From Nitrospirota bacterium (GTDB lineage: Bacteria > Nitrospirota > UBA9217): 64,000 nucleotides of DNA. Made by a program: the position numbers and the translations under genes. Each line of letters opens with the position of its first letter. The first letter of the stretch is position 1. Of the stretch, positions 62,305 to 64,000 are shown piece by piece. The stretch spans positions 64,001 to 128,000 of the forward strand of contig CAVWHO010000010.1 in assembly GCA_963754875.1 (NCBI GenBank). Direction: 5' to 3'. A model generated the notes under the pieces. It saw only the letters and a list, made by a program, of their open reading frames with translations, searched no databases and was not told where the DNA came from.

Positions 62305-62994
62305 ATGAACCGGCAAAAGGGCATCGGCCCTTTTGCCGGTCTTTTTTTCTTTGCATGGATAATATTCTTTTCAACACTTGTCTCTGCTGCACAAGACAAT
62401 CACGTCAAAATTCTCTATTTTTTCTCTCCCAGTTGCAAACATTGCATCGATGCAAAACCCTTTATCTTGGACTTAAGTAAAGAATACAGCATTGATGGTC
62501 TCCGATTCGGAGAGGGGACCTCCCCATCATTCCCCTTTCCCATACAAGCAGGGGATAAGAAGATAGCTCAAGGGACCTATGGCGTCCAGGGTGTCCCGAC
62601 ACTGGCAATCCTGATTGACGGCATGTACAGGCAAAAAATCGAAGGCATGCCGGATATTCAAGATGCAAAGGTTATCATAAAGGGATTGGCAAGCGGTGCG
62701 ATGACCGTGTCTGAGGCCGCACAAGAGGTGGACAAAGGGGAAATTACCGTCACCGGCTGGATCATTGCTAAAGGCGAATATTTCAAAAACGCCCGGTTTT
62801 TCCTCACGGACCGCAAAACCGAGCTCCCTATAAAGGCATGGCTTCCGCTTGAAGTCGTGAAGGGTCCTGTTCAGAAAAAGAGACCGAAGCTCATGTCCGA
62901 TGTAATTAAAAAGCCCGTCGTGCTCAAAGGACATTTCAGGAAGACTGCTGCAGGCAAGGTATTCTTTGTAAAAGCAGAGGTGCCTGTTGACTAA
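62305..62994 (+). CDS. Exported thioredoxin-like protein with additional C-terminal (OB-like) domain
   Basis: Signal peptide, FFSPSCKHC, YGVQGVPT. Confidence 0.75.
   Translation: MNRQKGIGPFAGLFFFAWIIFFSTLVSAAQDNHVKILYFFSPSCKHCIDAKPFILDLSKEYSIDGLRFGEGTSPSFPFPIQAGDKKIAQGTYGVQGVPTLAILIDGMYRQKIEGMPDIQDAKVIIKGLASGAMTVSEAAQEVDKGEITVTGWIIAKGEYFKNARFFLTDRKTELPIKAWLPLEVVKGPVQKKRPKLMSDVIKKPVVLKGHFRKTAAGKVFFVKAEVPVD
62309..62348 (+). terminator. Strong intrinsic terminator after the lipoprotein gene
   Basis: ACCGGCAAAAGGGC-ATCG-GCCCTTTTGCCGGT (14-bp perfect stem) followed by CTTTTTTT. Confidence 0.85.
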
Positions 62995-63019
62995 GCGATT
63001 TGATCGTCCGATCGTCTAG

Positions 63020-63793
63020 CTACTTCCCCTTGCTTTTCTGCCACAACTCTTCCATTTCGTCAACCGTCATGTCGTTCAACGATTTTCCTGCATCTACAAC
63101 TGATTCTTCGATAAAGCGGAAGCGCTCTATGAACTTACTGATGGTCTTCCGGAGCGCATTTTCAGGGTTTACCCCGAGGAACCGCGAAAGGTTCACGAGC
63201 ATGAAGAAAATGTCGCCAAGTTCTTCTTCGATGCCGGACGCGTCCTCCTGTTTGAGGGCTTCCTTGAACTCCGCAATTTCTTCATCAAGCTTGGGCAAGG
63301 CATCATCGATGCGGCTCCAGTCGAACCCAACCCGCGCGGCACGCTCCTGGATGCTGTGTGCGCGGAGGAGGGAGGGCAGGTGGAGGGGAACGCCTTCGAG
63401 GATCGATTTCCGCTGCTCGTAGCCTTTTTCCTTTTTCTTGATCTCTTCCCAGTTTGCAAGGACTTCCTTGTCGGTGCTGAGACGGGCGTCGCCGAACACG
63501 TGAGGATGACGGCGGGTCATCTTTTCGATGTTCGTCGTTATGACGTCCTGCAGCGAAAAGTGCCCCTGTTCCTCGGCGATGCGCGCGTGAAATACGATCT
63601 GAAACAGGAGGTCGCCGAGCTCTTCTTTTATTTTTTCCGGGGAACCTTCGTCCAGCGCATCGAGCACCTCGTAGCACTCTTCGATCAAAAAGGGTTTGAG
63701 CGACTCCGTGGTCTGTTTGCGGTCCCAGGGGCAGCCGTCCTGGCCCCTGAGTTTTGCCATGAGAGCAATAAGATCAGGCAGGTTATCTTTCAC
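63020..63793 (-). CDS. mazG: Nucleoside triphosphate pyrophosphohydrolase MazG
   Basis: GCPWDRKQT, EECYEV, EELGDLL, RRHPHVF, GFDW; tandem MazG domains. Confidence 0.95.
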   Translation of the reverse strand: MKDNLPDLIALMAKLRGQDGCPWDRKQTTESLKPFLIEECYEVLDALDEGSPEKIKEELGDLLFQIVFHARIAEEQGHFSLQDVITTNIEKMTRRHPHVFGDARLSTDKEVLANWEEIKKKEKGYEQRKSILEGVPLHLPSLLRAHSIQERAARVGFDWSRIDDALPKLDEEIAEFKEALKQEDASGIEEELGDIFFMLVNLSRFLGVNPENALRKTISKFIERFRFIEESVVDAGKSLNDMTVDEMEELWQKSKGK

Positions 63794-63963
63794 AAAACAC
63801 CTCGTACATGTAAGTTTTTACTGAGTGAAGCCCCTCTATCGAGACACCAGTACCTTACACAAACGCTTTTTTGTTTGCAAGCTTTTTCCTTGAATTATGA
63901 GAGCTTTATATGGTAATGTTACGCAGTTGCTCGTTCACCATCGATTTCGAAAGGAGACTTGAT

Positions 63964-64000
63964 ATGTTACGGAAGATATCCTATGCGCTCGTGATCGCCG
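63964..64000 (+). CDS. 5' end of a probable exported protein (runs off window)
   Basis: AAGGAG RBS then MLRKISYALVIA. Confidence 0.45.
   Translation, partial: MLRKISYALVIA

Noticed and set aside
1..64000. CRISPR arrays, tRNA, rRNA and known riboswitches
   Set aside because: No regularly spaced repeats, T-loop/cloverleaf signatures or recognisable aptamer cores found by inspection; a cmscan/tRNAscan run would be decisive.

Overview
Bacterial chromosomal segment; gene content and order suggest an anaerobic Nitrospirota/Desulfobacterota-like organism (inference). Most of it is housekeeping and signalling: hypF 3' end, several PAS/Cache histidine kinases with sigma54 response regulators, tldD, mog, glucokinase, lepA-lepB-DUF4845-yicC-remA-gmk-rpoZ-coaBC, ppx/gppA, a triheme c7 cytochrome, amrS-archease-rtcB, recG, pilD, ligA, nfo, mltD, queE, rqcH, and mazG. 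At least ten conserved genes, including ligA, carry single-base indels that are best read as long-read consensus errors. Two accessory regions stand out. (1) About 34.9-39.95 kb is a decayed defence hot spot built on a type III R-M scaffold (res collapsed to its two ends, mod truncated). Between res and mod lie two divergent sigma70 units: a ~210-nt ORF-less, highly structured minus-strand RNA with a consensus promoter and terminator, and a GNRA-hairpin/terminator leader in front of a truncated NYN ribonuclease. This layout resembles RNA-antitoxin (type III TA/AbiF-like) loci. (2) About 53.4-63 kb is an envelope signalling/secretion cluster: CHASE2 adenylate cyclase, SH3 protein, M48 peptidase, beta-barrel, M6 protease with CFI-box-CTERM, S/T-rich lipoprotein and exported thioredoxin, with a duplicated 20-bp upstream motif. 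I saw no tRNA, rRNA, CRISPR array, integrase or transposase. All family assignments come from motif recognition by eye, not database searches.
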